Shown here piece after piece: positions 9,476 through 19,632 of a stretch of DNA of 64,000 nucleotides. The stretch's first letter is position 1, and each line of letters opens with the position of its first letter. This stretch comes from Trueperaceae bacterium (GTDB lineage: Bacteria > Deinococcota > Deinococci > Deinococcales > Trueperaceae). The translations under genes and the position numbers were made by a program. Location of the stretch: positions 544,001 through 608,000 of the forward strand of contig JAXHNB010000006.1 in assembly GCA_034520945.1 (NCBI GenBank), written 5' to 3'. Below the pieces are notes generated by a model that searched no databases, was not told where the DNA came from, and saw only the letters and a program-made list of their open reading frames with translations.

Positions 9476-10402
9476 TCAGTTTGCGAAGGCGGCCTGCACG
9501 GCGTCGACTGCGCTTTCACCGTCCAGCGTCTCCACGCCGTCCAGCCACTCGCTCACGACGGAAAGGTTGTCCGCCACCCAGCCGCGCGCGACGGCGGTGG
9601 CGTCGTTGCCCTGACGGCTGTAGGCGTCGATCCAGGCGTTCTGGATGTCGGGCGTGACCGTGAACTGCTCGAAGAACGTCCGCAGGTTGGGGTTGTTCTC
9701 GGCCCATTCGGTGCTCAGGCCGGTCGCGACGTAGCCGTCGCCGCCCCACACGTTCTCGGGGTCGTCCAGGTAGGTGATGTCGTGCACCTCGTTCATCCAG
9801 TGCGGGCTCCAGGCCAGGAACACGATCGGTTCCTCGTCCTCGACGGCCGACGCGACCTGCGCCAGCATGCCGGCGGTGGAGGACTCGACCAGCTCCATGC
9901 TGGAGAAGCCGTAGGTGTCCTCCTCGATCATGGTCAGGATGATCTCGTTGCCGTCGTTGCCGGGCTCGATGCCGTAGATGCGGCCGTCGAACATGTCGGC
10001 GTTGGCGGCGACGTCGGCCAGCGAGGTGATGCCCTGCTCGGCGACGAAGGTCGGCACGCCGGGGCGGTACACCGTCGGTTCGAGGTTGGTGTTCACCAGG
10101 GTGAAGCTGCCGTCCCCGCCGCTCTCGGCGAGGTAATCCTCGAGCATGGTGTCCATGCTGGGTCGCCACACGCCGAGGAAGGCGTCGAGGTCGTTCTCGG
10201 AGAGGCCCTCGAAGATCAGCGGCACCGACAGCGCCTGCGCGTCGGTGTCGTAGCCGAGTTCCTGCAGAATCACGCTGGCGACCTGCGTCTTGACGGTGAC
10301 GCCGGGCCACTCGACGTATCCGAATTCGACGGAGTCGTCCTGCTGCGCGACGGCGGGGCCGAGCAACAGGGCGGCGATGATGAGTCCAAGCAGTCGTTTC
10401 AT
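9476..10402 (-). CDS. Glycine betaine/choline ABC transporter substrate-binding protein (ProX/OpuAC family)
   Basis: Signal peptide, GYVEWP, IYGIEPGNDGN, ESSTAGML, WSPHWMN; start refined to ATG 10402. Confidence 0.9.
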   Translation of the reverse strand: MKRLLGLIIAALLLGPAVAQQDDSVEFGYVEWPGVTVKTQVASVILQELGYDTDAQALSVPLIFEGLSENDLDAFLGVWRPSMDTMLEDYLAESGGDGSFTLVNTNLEPTVYRPGVPTFVAEQGITSLADVAANADMFDGRIYGIEPGNDGNEIILTMIEEDTYGFSSMELVESSTAGMLAQVASAVEDEEPIVFLAWSPHWMNEVHDITYLDDPENVWGGDGYVATGLSTEWAENNPNLRTFFEQFTVTPDIQNAWIDAYSRQGNDATAVARGWVADNLSVVSEWLDGVETLDGESAVDAVQAAFAN

Positions 10403-10614
10403 GGTGTGTCCCTTCCGCGAGACGTAGGAATGCACGCGGCCCGCACGGACGTGCGCACCGGGCCGTAGCCGATGAGGTGTGGGCCGGCCACCAGGTAGGG
10501 TAGTCGACGACCGCCTGAGGATCGTGTGACGTCCGTAACGAGGAACGCGGCGGTCGGCGCTCCGACGGTTCTTCCGGCGCCCGCCCACGCCCGATTGTGC
10601 GAAGGGAGCCAAGC

Positions 10615-11766
10615 GTGTCTCCAGCAACGACCGAGTCCGCGTCGGACCGACCGACGCCGTCCGCAACCGGGGAGGTGAAGATCGCCGTCCGCGGCGTCGC
10701 CAAGCTGTTCGGCGAGCGACGCCGCTTCGACGACGCGTTCTCGATGTTGGCCGAGGGGCGCACCAAGACGGAGGTGCAGGAGGCCCTGGGCGTGATGGTC
10801 GGCACCTACGGCATCGACCTCGACGTGGAGGCCGGCCGCACCTTCGTGCTGATGGGCCTCTCCGGCAGCGGGAAGTCCACGCTGCTGCGGCTGCTCAACC
10901 GTCTGCTCGAGCCGACGCGCGGCGAGATCCGCATCGACGGGGAAGACGTGACGGCGCTCGACCGGCGCGGGCTGATCGCCCTGCGGCGCCGCGTCTTCGC
11001 CGGAATGGTGTTCCAGCGCTTCGCGATCCTGCCGCACCGCACCACGCTGGACAACGTGGCGTTGGGGCTGGAGCTTCAGGGCGTCGCGCGGACGGAGCGT
11101 CACGAGCGCGCCGCCGCGATGATCGAGCTGGTCGGCCTGTCGGGATGGGAGCAGCACCGGCCGGCCTCGTTGTCGGGCGGCATGCAGCAACGGGTCGGGC
11201 TGGCGCGCGCGTTGGTCCTGGACGGCAACGTGATGTTGATGGACGAGCCGTTCAGCGCCCTGGACCCGCTGATCCGCCGCGAGCTCCAGGATGAGCTGGT
11301 GCAGCTCCAGGAGCGCGTGCAGAAGACGATCGTGTTCGTGACGCACGACCTGGACGAGGCGCTGAAGCTGGGCGACCGCATCACGATGCTGAAGGACGCG
11401 CGGGTGCAACAGGTCGGCACGCCGCAGCAGATCGTCACCGAGCCCGCCAACGACTACGTCCGCGCCTTCGTGGAGGGCGTGAACCGGACCGAGGTGCTGA
11501 CCGCCCGCGTCCTAATGCGCCCCCTCGAGGCGGGGGAGCCGGACACGCCGTTGCGCGTCGCGGGCCGCACCCCGCTCAAGGAGATCCTGGAGCTGGTCGC
11601 CGACGGACCCCGCGGCGTGCCGGTGTGCGTGCAAGACGAGCACGACACGCCGATCGGCGTGATCGATCGGCGGACCCTGTTCGCGGTGCTGGCGGGACGC
11701 GCCCTGGAGGACGCGCACGCGGCTCCCGAGGACGCGTCGCCGTCCACGCGCGGGGGCACGCCGTGA
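10615..11766 (+). CDS. Glycine betaine/proline ABC transporter ATP-binding subunit (ProV/OpuAA)
   Basis: MGLSGSGKST, LSGGMQQRVGLARAL, MDEPFSALDPLIR, FVTHDLDEA, PANDYV; degenerate CBS tail. Confidence 0.92.
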   Translation: MSPATTESASDRPTPSATGEVKIAVRGVAKLFGERRRFDDAFSMLAEGRTKTEVQEALGVMVGTYGIDLDVEAGRTFVLMGLSGSGKSTLLRLLNRLLEPTRGEIRIDGEDVTALDRRGLIALRRRVFAGMVFQRFAILPHRTTLDNVALGLELQGVARTERHERAAAMIELVGLSGWEQHRPASLSGGMQQRVGLARALVLDGNVMLMDEPFSALDPLIRRELQDELVQLQERVQKTIVFVTHDLDEALKLGDRITMLKDARVQQVGTPQQIVTEPANDYVRAFVEGVNRTEVLTARVLMRPLEAGEPDTPLRVAGRTPLKEILELVADGPRGVPVCVQDEHDTPIGVIDRRTLFAVLAGRALEDAHAAPEDASPSTRGGTP

Positions 11767-12614
11767 CGCTGCTCCGGCGGTGGTTCACGGACGGCATCCC
11801 GCTGGGTGCCTGGGTCGAGAGCGGGGTCGAGGCCCTCGAGGACGCCTTCTCGAACTCGTTCGACGTGTTCAGCGATGCGACGTTGGTCGTCTACGACATG
11901 ATGAACGGCGGGCTGATGTCGGTGCCGCCGTGGAGCGTGGTGCTGGCGTTCGCGGCGTTGGCCTGGGCGGCGACCAACTGGAAGGTGGCGGCGTTCACGC
12001 TGATCGGTCTGTTCCTGACGGTGAACATCGGGATGTGGCCGTCGTTCGTGTCGACGTTGACGCTGGTGGTGTTGGCCGAGGTGCTCGTGGTGGCGTTCGG
12101 GCTTCCCCTGGGGGTGCTGGCGGCCGTAAACGACGTCGCAGAGGGGATCCTGAAGCCCATCCTCGACTTCATGCAGACCATGCCGGCGTTCGTGTACCTG
12201 ATCCCGGCCGTCAGCTTCTTCGGTCTGGGGGTGGTGCCGGGCATCGTGTCGACGGTGATCTTCGCCATTCCCCCGTTGATCCGCTTGACCAACCTCGGCC
12301 TCAGGCAGGTGCCCCACGAATTGATCGAGGCGGCGGAGGCGTTCGGCGCGACACGGGGTCAGCGCCTCGTCAAGATCCAGTTCCCCGTGGCGGTGCCCAC
12401 CGTGATGGCCGGCGTGAACCAGAGCATCATGCTGAACCTGTCGATGGTCGTGATCGCGGCCCTGATCGGCGCGGAGGGGCTGGGCCGCGACGTGATCCGC
12501 GGCATGAACATCCTCGACATCGGGCTCGGCTTCGAGGCCGGCCTGGCCATCGTCATCATGGCGATCGTGCTGGACCGCATCACGCAAGCGCTGGGCCGCA
12601 ACGGGCCCGACTGA
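11763..12614 (+). CDS. Glycine betaine/proline ABC transporter permease (ProW/OpuAB)
   Basis: PILDFMQTMPAFVYLIP, EAAEAFG, GVNQSIML, IGAEGLG; GTG overlaps the upstream stop. Confidence 0.92.
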   Translation: MTLLRRWFTDGIPLGAWVESGVEALEDAFSNSFDVFSDATLVVYDMMNGGLMSVPPWSVVLAFAALAWAATNWKVAAFTLIGLFLTVNIGMWPSFVSTLTLVVLAEVLVVAFGLPLGVLAAVNDVAEGILKPILDFMQTMPAFVYLIPAVSFFGLGVVPGIVSTVIFAIPPLIRLTNLGLRQVPHELIEAAEAFGATRGQRLVKIQFPVAVPTVMAGVNQSIMLNLSMVVIAALIGAEGLGRDVIRGMNILDIGLGFEAGLAIVIMAIVLDRITQALGRNGPD

Positions 12615-12647
12615 TCGGCCGGGCCCGCGGGCCAGCGCCGCGGAGGT

Positions 12648-13514
12648 TCAGCCCTTGACGCTGCCCGCCAGCAGGCCCCGGATGAAGTACCGGCCCAGCA
12701 CGATGTAGATCAGCAGCGTCGGCAGCGCCGCCAGGACGCTGCCGGCCATCGGCAGGTTCCAGGACACGGCCTGGCCCCCCGCGAGCTGTGCCAGCGCGAC
12801 GGTGATGGGCTGGCTGCTCTGCGAGGTCAGCGTCACCGCGAACAGGAACTCGTTCCAGATCTGCGTGAACTGCCAGATGATCACCACCACGAAGCCGCTC
12901 ACCGACAGGGGAAACACGATGTGTCGGTACATGCCGAAGAAGCCCGCCCCGTCGATCTTGGCCGAGTCGAGCATCTCGTCGGGGATCTCGGCGTAGAAGT
13001 TGCGGAAGATCAGCGTGGTGATGGGAAGGCCGTACACGATGTGCGTCAGGGACAGGCCGGCGATGCTGCCGTACAGGCCGATGTCGCGCAGGAACTGGAA
13101 CAGCGGGATCAGGATGGCCTGGTACGGGATGAACATGCCGAACAGCATCAGCGGAAACACGATGTTCGCGCCGGGGAAGCGCCACTTGGACAGGATGTAG
13201 CCGTTCAGCGAGCCGAGGATGGCGCTGCCGAGCGTGGCGGACGTCGCCAGCACGAAGCTGTTCCGCAGCGTGGGGAAGAACGCCTCCCAGGCCACCACGA
13301 AGCTGTTCCAGTTCGGCACCGCCGGCCAATGCCAGGTGGTCGCCAGCCGGATGGCGGCGGGTTCCTTGAGGGCGGTGGCGAACACCAGGTAGATCGGCAG
13401 CAGGTAGAAGATCGTTGCCAACACCAGCAGTGCGTACACGGCGATGCGGCGGCCGCGGCGTCCCGCGCGAGGACGCGAGGCGGGGGGGCGGCGCGTGAGC
13501 GTCTCGGCGCTCAT
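12648..13514 (-). CDS. Carbohydrate ABC transporter permease (MalG-like)
   Basis: [17 protein letters not shown] loop, [21 protein letters not shown]-terminus. Confidence 0.92.
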   Translation of the reverse strand: MSAETLTRRPPASRPRAGRRGRRIAVYALLVLATIFYLLPIYLVFATALKEPAAIRLATTWHWPAVPNWNSFVVAWEAFFPTLRNSFVLATSATLGSAILGSLNGYILSKWRFPGANIVFPLMLFGMFIPYQAILIPLFQFLRDIGLYGSIAGLSLTHIVYGLPITTLIFRNFYAEIPDEMLDSAKIDGAGFFGMYRHIVFPLSVSGFVVVIIWQFTQIWNEFLFAVTLTSQSSQPITVALAQLAGGQAVSWNLPMAGSVLAALPTLLIYIVLGRYFIRGLLAGSVKG

Positions 13515-14623
13515 CTGCCTACCTCGCCGCGAAGGCTGTAGCGCAAATAGGGGATGATCACCATCGCCACCATGATCAGCAGCACCACGGCGATGGCGGC
13601 TCCCTCGGCGAACTGATTCGCGCGGAAGCTCCGCAGGTACATCAACAGGGCCGGCACGTCGGTGGTGGCGTTGTCCGACCCGGCCATCGCCCAGATCAGG
13701 TCGAAGATCTTCAGGCTGATGTGGCCCAGGATGATCATCGCCGACAGGGTGATGGGCCCAAGCAGGGGCAGCACCACGTGCCGGTACAGCTGCACTTCGT
13801 TGGCGCCGTCGATCCGGGCCGCCTCCCGCAGCGTCTCGGGAATGCCGCGCAGGCCGGCCAAATACAGCGCCATGGTGTACCCCGACAACTGCCACACCGC
13901 GGCGAGGATGATGCCGATGAACGCCACGTTGAAGCCGTGCGTCTCAGGGAACGGCAGCAAGGTGATGCCGGGCGCGCCGGCCAGGGCCCAGACGAGAAGC
14001 GCCGTAGCGGCACCGCCCACTGCGAAGCCCTGTACGCGGCGCCCGCTCTGCCAAGCGCGCCAGGCCACCCATGCGAACAAAATGCCCAGCAGCAGTCCGC
14101 CGTAGAGCGGCAGGGCGTTCCAGTCGAACTGCCACACCTGCAGGCGCGTGGTCAGCCATGGGAACTCGATGCGTGGCAGACCGATCAGCTCGGGAAGCAC
14201 GTTCACGCCGCCGCGCGGCTGAAGCATCCAGCGCCAGACCGTGCCGGTCACGATGAAGGCCATCGCGAACGGGAACAAAAACACGGTGCGGAAGAAGCCC
14301 TCGCCGCGCACGTTCTGCTCCAGCAAAATGGCGAGGCCCAGCCCCACGATCAGGCAGCCGGCGATGAAGAAGATCGTGAAGAAGAAGGTGTTCACCAGGT
14401 CCTGACGAAAGCGGGTCTGCACCGCGCTGGTGAACAAAGTTTGATAGTTCGCGAACCCGATGAACTCGAGTTGCGGATTCAACGCCAGGGCCTGCGACGC
14501 GTCGCGGCCCCAGTTGGTCAGGGATACGTAGATCGTCCGCCCGATGAAGCCATACACGAAGATCGCCAGCAGCACCAGCGACGGCAGCAACATCAGCAGG
14601 GCGGAGAGGCGATCGCGGGTCAT
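13511..14623 (-). CDS. Carbohydrate ABC transporter permease (MalF-like)
   Basis: [41 protein letters not shown]. Confidence 0.92.
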   Translation of the reverse strand: MTRDRLSALLMLLPSLVLLAIFVYGFIGRTIYVSLTNWGRDASQALALNPQLEFIGFANYQTLFTSAVQTRFRQDLVNTFFFTIFFIAGCLIVGLGLAILLEQNVRGEGFFRTVFLFPFAMAFIVTGTVWRWMLQPRGGVNVLPELIGLPRIEFPWLTTRLQVWQFDWNALPLYGGLLLGILFAWVAWRAWQSGRRVQGFAVGGAATALLVWALAGAPGITLLPFPETHGFNVAFIGIILAAVWQLSGYTMALYLAGLRGIPETLREAARIDGANEVQLYRHVVLPLLGPITLSAMIILGHISLKIFDLIWAMAGSDNATTDVPALLMYLRSFRANQFAEGAAIAVVLLIMVAMVIIPYLRYSLRGEVGR

Positions 14624-14655
14624 GGTGACAAGATACCGGAGTTCGGAGAACGAAG

Positions 14656-14682
14656 GTGGGGACGCGCCGGGCGCGTCCCCAC
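14656..14682 (-). terminator. 12-bp perfect hairpin downstream of the sugar SBP gene (terminator or stabiliser)
   Basis: gtggggacgcgc-cgg-gcgcgtccccac, followed on the minus strand by cttcgttct. Confidence 0.55.
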
Positions 14683-14692
14683 AGGATCGTGT

Positions 14693-15931
14693 TTACTCGC
14701 CCAGGCCGGTCTGGCTGGCGATCGCTTCCGCGGCGTTCGCGGCTTGCTCGGGGTTGTCGGAGGAGAGGAAGATCTCCATCGCCGACGCGAACTCGCTCAT
14801 GAACGCTTCCTTGGCCACGGTGCCGTGCACCAGGCTGCCGACGGTCTCGTCGTTGGCGTAGTCCTCGGCGGCCGACTGCAGGTAGGCGTTGTACTTGGAC
14901 AGGTCGCTGTCCAGGCGCGGGCTGATGGAGCCCTTCAGCGGGTTGAAGGTGTCCTGGCCCTCCAGCGAGCCCACCAGGCGGAGCCAGTCGATGGCGTTGT
15001 CGCGGTGCGGCGCACCGACCGGCAGGCCGAACGAGTCGGCCAGCACCATGTACACGCCGTCAGTGCCGGGGCTGGCGGCCCAGCCGAAGTCCACGCCGGG
15101 CTCCAGCTCGAGCGTGGTCACCATGTAGCCGGCGGCCCAGTCACCCATCACGTTGAAGGCGGCGTCGCCCTCGACCACCATGTCGGTCGCCTGCTGCCAG
15201 CTGAGGCCGGAGGCGTCGTCATTGGTGCACTCGAGGACCTGCCCCAGGGTGTCCCAGGCGGCCACGGCCTCGTCGGACGTGAAGCTCACGTCGCGCGTCC
15301 ACAGCCCGTTCCAGCCGTCCACGCCCATTTCGGCCAGCGCGACGGACTCCCACAGGTGCTGGACGGTCCAGTTCTGGCCCAACGACAGCGGGGTGACGCC
15401 CTGATCCTGCAACGCGGGACAGGTCTCGTTCAGGAACTCGTCCCAGGTGGCCGGGACGTCCACGCCCCACGTCTCGAGGTTCTCGGGCACGTACCACAGC
15501 ACGTTGGAGCGGTGCAGGTTGGCGGGAACGCTCCAGATGCCCTCGTCCGTGCTCAACAGGTCGATGAACTGCTCGGGGAAGACGTCGAACCATCCCTCTT
15601 GTTCGTACAGGAAGGTGAGGTCTTCCATGCGGTCGGCCGCGACCCAGGTGCCGATCAGTTCCTGGCCGATGTGCACCTGGAAGCTGTCCGGCGGGTCGCC
15701 GCCCAGCATGCGGGTCTTCAGCACGGCGCGCGCATTGACGCCCGAGCCGCCCGTGACGGTGGCGTTGATCACGTCGACCTCGGGATGATCCTCTTCGTAC
15801 AGGTCGATCAACGCTTCGAGGGCCGGACCCTCGTTGCCTGCCCACCACGAGAAGATCTCGAGTTCGCCCTGGGCGGAGGCCGCCCCCAACAGGGCGATCG
15901 AAGCGAGGACCATCAACGACGTTCGGATCAT
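14693..15931 (-). CDS. Sugar ABC transporter substrate-binding protein (glucose-binding type)
   Basis: Signal peptide, LEIFSWWAG, GGDPPDSFQVH, HRSNVLWY, MGDWAAG, FNPLKGSI; SD GGAG before ATG 15931. Confidence 0.88.
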   Translation of the reverse strand: MIRTSLMVLASIALLGAASAQGELEIFSWWAGNEGPALEALIDLYEEDHPEVDVINATVTGGSGVNARAVLKTRMLGGDPPDSFQVHIGQELIGTWVAADRMEDLTFLYEQEGWFDVFPEQFIDLLSTDEGIWSVPANLHRSNVLWYVPENLETWGVDVPATWDEFLNETCPALQDQGVTPLSLGQNWTVQHLWESVALAEMGVDGWNGLWTRDVSFTSDEAVAAWDTLGQVLECTNDDASGLSWQQATDMVVEGDAAFNVMGDWAAGYMVTTLELEPGVDFGWAASPGTDGVYMVLADSFGLPVGAPHRDNAIDWLRLVGSLEGQDTFNPLKGSISPRLDSDLSKYNAYLQSAAEDYANDETVGSLVHGTVAKEAFMSEFASAMEIFLSSDNPEQAANAAEAIASQTGLGE

Positions 15932-16154
15932 GATGTCTCCTTCCCCCGGGGAAGAGACGCCCCGGGACGCGCGGCCGGTCCAGGCATACCTCACCCAGAA
16001 TCACGAGGGTGCACGCCTGAGCGTGCGGCCATCCCGACAGAGCTCCGAGGTTGGACGGGACCGGTCCGCTTGCGTTCACTCGTAGCGTACGGCGCGGAGC
16101 CGTTCCGGCGCAACACGGTGTGGACGTCGCTCGCCGCGGCGGGAGGGGGGTAGC

Positions 16155-18548
16155 ATGGACGCCGTGCCGGACGCGCAGGAGCTCAGGGAACGACTGCGGA
16201 GCCCGTTGCGCCGGGAGCTGCGAGCCGGCTGCCGCGACGACGTCGTGGTGGGCGGCTTGGAGCGCCTGATCCGGACCGTCGGCACGCCGTTCGCCGAAGT
16301 CCGAACGCTGTTGGCCGGGTACGCAGAGATGGCGCCCGAGATGCGCCAGGAACGCGTACGCCAGGCCCTCGGCTCCTTGGACCGGTCGGCGGCGGCGAAC
16401 CCCGGCCCCCATGCATCGCCCGGCCCCCCCGACAAGGGCGACGGCCCCCGAAGCGGCGCCGCGGAGAAGGGTGGCGGCCCCGGCGCCACCCGCCTCCTCG
16501 AGGCACGGCTGCACGAGGTCGACATCGGCTTGGCGGCCCAGGCGGGACGCAAGCTGGCGGAGCTCGGGGTCGCCACCCACCGGGATCTGCTGCGGGTGTT
16601 CCCCCGCCGCTACGAGGATCGCCGGGCTTTGCCGGACTTCGCCGGCCTGGCCGGGCGCGAGCAGGCCACCGTCATCGGCACGCTGTTGGGACGCAAGGCG
16701 ACGAAGTCCCGCCGTGGCATGACGGTGTTGCGGGCGTTCATGGAGGATCGCCATGGCGGCCGGCTGAGCGTGGTGTGGTTCAACCAGCCCTGGCTCGAGA
16801 CGCAGTTGTTCCCGGGCCGAACCCTGATCGCGACCGGGCGCGTCAAGGCGCAGGGGGGTCGGACGGAGTTGCACGCCACCCACCACGAAGTCGTCGAGGG
16901 CGATGACACCCTCGCCACCGATCGGATCGTCGGCATCTACGCCACCCCTCGCGGGCTGGCCCAGGACTACCTGAGGCGGGCCATTCGGACGCTGCTGGAC
17001 GTTCTTCCGACCGTTCCAGACCACCTTCCCCGCCCGGTGCTCGCGCGCGAAGACCTGGTGTCGTTGAAGACCGCGCTGGAGCAGATCCACTTTCCCGACG
17101 ACGAAGCGGGGTTGGCGGCCGCGCTGCGCAGACTCAAGTTCGACGAGTTCCTGTTCCTCGAGCTGCGCATGCTCCGCGCCAAGGCCGCGGGCGGGCCGGG
17201 GGCGGCCACGCCGGTGGACGACGCGGACGTGCGGCGTTTCGAGGAGGCGCTGCCGTTCCGGTTCACCGGCGCCCAGCGGCGCGCCCTGGACGAGATCCTG
17301 GCGGACGTCGCCGCGCCGCGCCAGATGGCCCGCATGCTGCAAGGCGACGTCGGCAGCGGCAAGACGGCGCTGGCAGCCGCGGCGGCCTGGGTCGTCGTCC
17401 GCGCGGGGCGGCAGGCGGCGGTGATGGCGCCCACCGAGATTCTGGCCCGTCAGCACTTCTTGAATCTGCGCGAATACCTGCACCCGTTGGGGGTCCGCAC
17501 CGAGATGTTGAGCGGCTCGCAGGCCACCGCCGTGCGGCGCGAGGCGCGGGCGCGCGTGTCGTCCGGCGGGGCCGACCTGGTGGTGGGGACGCACGCCCTG
17601 ATCCAGGAAGGCGTCGAATTCCGCGACCTGGGCCTGGCCGTCATCGACGAGGAGCATCGCTTCGGCGTGGAGCAACGCCGCGCCCTGATCCGGACCCTCC
17701 CGGACGTGCTGGTGATGTCGGCGACCCCGATCCCGCGCTCGCTGGCGCTGACGCTGTACGGCGATCTGGACCTCTCGGTCCTGGATGAGCTTCCCCCAGG
17801 CCGGACGCCGGTGCGGACCACGTTGGTGGGCGCACCTAGGCGGCGCGAGGTCTACCGCGAGGTGTGGGACGAGATCCAGCGCGGGCGGCAGGCGTTCGTG
17901 GTCGCACCCCTCGTCGAGCGCAGCGAGGCGGAGACCATGCAGGAGATCGCCTCGGCGACCGAGATGGCCGACGATCTCCGCCGCATCCTTCCGGAGGCGT
18001 GCCGCATCGAGCTGCTGCACGGCCGCATGCCGGGTGCCGAGAAGGACGCCGTGATGGCACGCTTCCATGCGCACGAGATCGACCTGCTGGTGTCCACCAC
18101 CGTCGTCGAGGTGGGCGTCGACGTGCCCAACGCCTCGGTGATGGTGATCGAGAACGCCGAGCGCTTCGGGCTGTCGCAGCTGCACCAGCTCAGGGGCCGC
18201 GTCGGGCGCGGGGCGGCAGAGAGTCGCTGCATCCTGGTGGCCGGCGACCGCTCCCGCAAGACGCAGCGGCGGCTCGAGGTGGTCGCGCGCCACACGGACG
18301 GGTTCCTGATCAGCGAGAAGGACCTGGAGTTGCGCGGGCCGGGCGAGCTTCGCGGCACCCGGCAGTCGGGTCTGCCCGACCTGCAACTCGGCGACGTGGT
18401 GCACGACGGCGAGGTGATCGAACGCGCGCGGGCGGTGGCCGAACGGATGCTGGAGGCGGACCCTCGCCTGGAGGCGCGTTGGGCCACCCGGCTCCGCGAC
18501 GAGCTGAAGCGGCGCGTTCGCGCGGTCGGCCTGCGCGAACCGATCTGA
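16155..18548 (+). CDS. recG: ATP-dependent DNA helicase RecG (true start may be GTG 16164)
   Basis: FPRRYED, WFNQ, QGDVGSGKT, APTEILARQH, DEEHRFG, MSATPIPRSL, QLHQLRGRVGRG, DLELRGPG. Confidence 0.96.
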   Translation: MDAVPDAQELRERLRSPLRRELRAGCRDDVVVGGLERLIRTVGTPFAEVRTLLAGYAEMAPEMRQERVRQALGSLDRSAAANPGPHASPGPPDKGDGPRSGAAEKGGGPGATRLLEARLHEVDIGLAAQAGRKLAELGVATHRDLLRVFPRRYEDRRALPDFAGLAGREQATVIGTLLGRKATKSRRGMTVLRAFMEDRHGGRLSVVWFNQPWLETQLFPGRTLIATGRVKAQGGRTELHATHHEVVEGDDTLATDRIVGIYATPRGLAQDYLRRAIRTLLDVLPTVPDHLPRPVLAREDLVSLKTALEQIHFPDDEAGLAAALRRLKFDEFLFLELRMLRAKAAGGPGAATPVDDADVRRFEEALPFRFTGAQRRALDEILADVAAPRQMARMLQGDVGSGKTALAAAAAWVVVRAGRQAAVMAPTEILARQHFLNLREYLHPLGVRTEMLSGSQATAVRREARARVSSGGADLVVGTHALIQEGVEFRDLGLAVIDEEHRFGVEQRRALIRTLPDVLVMSATPIPRSLALTLYGDLDLSVLDELPPGRTPVRTTLVGAPRRREVYREVWDEIQRGRQAFVVAPLVERSEAETMQEIASATEMADDLRRILPEACRIELLHGRMPGAEKDAVMARFHAHEIDLLVSTTVVEVGVDVPNASVMVIENAERFGLSQLHQLRGRVGRGAAESRCILVAGDRSRKTQRRLEVVARHTDGFLISEKDLELRGPGELRGTRQSGLPDLQLGDVVHDGEVIERARAVAERMLEADPRLEARWATRLRDELKRRVRAVGLREPI

Positions 18549-18622
18549 GGCCTCGACCGCGTCGCCGGAGACGGGGCCGCCACGCGCGACCGCGCGCACC
18601 GCCCTCCTGCTAGACTCGCGTC

Positions 18623-19549
18623 GTGTCCCGCTTCCTCGGTGCCTTCGCGCTCGGCGTGCTCACGGTTGCGTTCCTCGCCGCATCGTGCGCGCCGCGCGCC
18701 GATCTGCGCGCAGAGCCCACCGAAGCGACCCGCCCGCTGACCTTCGAGGCGGTCCCGGGCCTCACCCGCATCGTGCGCTTCGATCCGCCCGGCGCCGGGG
18801 AGCGCCTGGAGTTGGAGCTGGCGGTGCAGGTCCACAACCCCAACACGTTCGGCGTGCACCTGGAGCGGTTGTCGTACCGGGTGGTCGTGAACGATCGCGC
18901 GGTGGCCGATGGCCGGATTCGCCCGGATCGCTTCGTGGAGGCCGGCGGCATGATCCCGCTGCGCTTTCCCGTCGAGGCCGAACTGCCGCCCACGCGGCCG
19001 CTGCTGACCGCGGTGGCGGGCGCGTTCACGGGCGAGCCGCTTCCCTACCGCCTGGAGGGCCGCGTCCGCTTCGGTGCGGCCGGCTACGCGTTCGAGAGCC
19101 GCTACGGCCTCCTGGTGGAGGGATCGCTCCTGCCCACCGAGACCGTCGAGCCCCCGCGACTGCGGGTGGACGGTGACGCGTCGCGCGCGTTCGAGGTCAG
19201 GCCCGGCGTGCCCGTGATCCAGGTGGCCATCCGGGTTCGAAACCCGGGCGAGATCGGGTACTTCCTTAGCGGAAAGGACGTGGCGCTGGCGCTGGCCGGG
19301 CACCCCGTCGCGACGCTGGACGTGGAGCCCCTGCCGATGCCGGCCGGGTCGGAACGGCCATTTGCGCTGTTGTTCTATCCGGATCCCGACCAGCTCGAGG
19401 GCGGCGCCCGCCGCGCGTTGGACGCTGCGCTGCGCGGCATCCCGACCGCGTTCGAGGTGCGGGGCGGCCTGGCGATGGACGTGCTGGGCGTGGCCTCGTT
19501 CCCCGTGCCGGGCGGAATCCAGGCGAACGGCTTCGTGTACGCGGAGTGA
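18623..19549 (+). CDS. LEA type 2 (WHy-like) tandem-domain lipoprotein
   Basis: Lipobox LAASC; VHNPNTFGVHLERLSY and VRNPGEIGY, two NP(N/G) LEA_2-like repeats. Confidence 0.7.
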   Translation: MSRFLGAFALGVLTVAFLAASCAPRADLRAEPTEATRPLTFEAVPGLTRIVRFDPPGAGERLELELAVQVHNPNTFGVHLERLSYRVVVNDRAVADGRIRPDRFVEAGGMIPLRFPVEAELPPTRPLLTAVAGAFTGEPLPYRLEGRVRFGAAGYAFESRYGLLVEGSLLPTETVEPPRLRVDGDASRAFEVRPGVPVIQVAIRVRNPGEIGYFLSGKDVALALAGHPVATLDVEPLPMPAGSERPFALLFYPDPDQLEGGARRALDAALRGIPTAFEVRGGLAMDVLGVASFPVPGGIQANGFVYAE

Positions 19550-19632
19550 TCCGCCCCTACGTGGCGTGATCCGCTCCGGGGCACGGCACGCGCGCCGTCG
19601 CGGCCGCGCTCGCGCTGCTATGATCCGTACTC

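Noticed and set aside
15219..18599. 1126-aa minus-strand ORF, plus other long ORFs such as 34694-37810 (+), 46197-48629 (-), 13721-16153 (+) and 29740-32226 (+)
   Set aside because: They lie antisense to well-supported genes, have no recognisable motifs, and are expected shadow ORFs in very GC-rich DNA.
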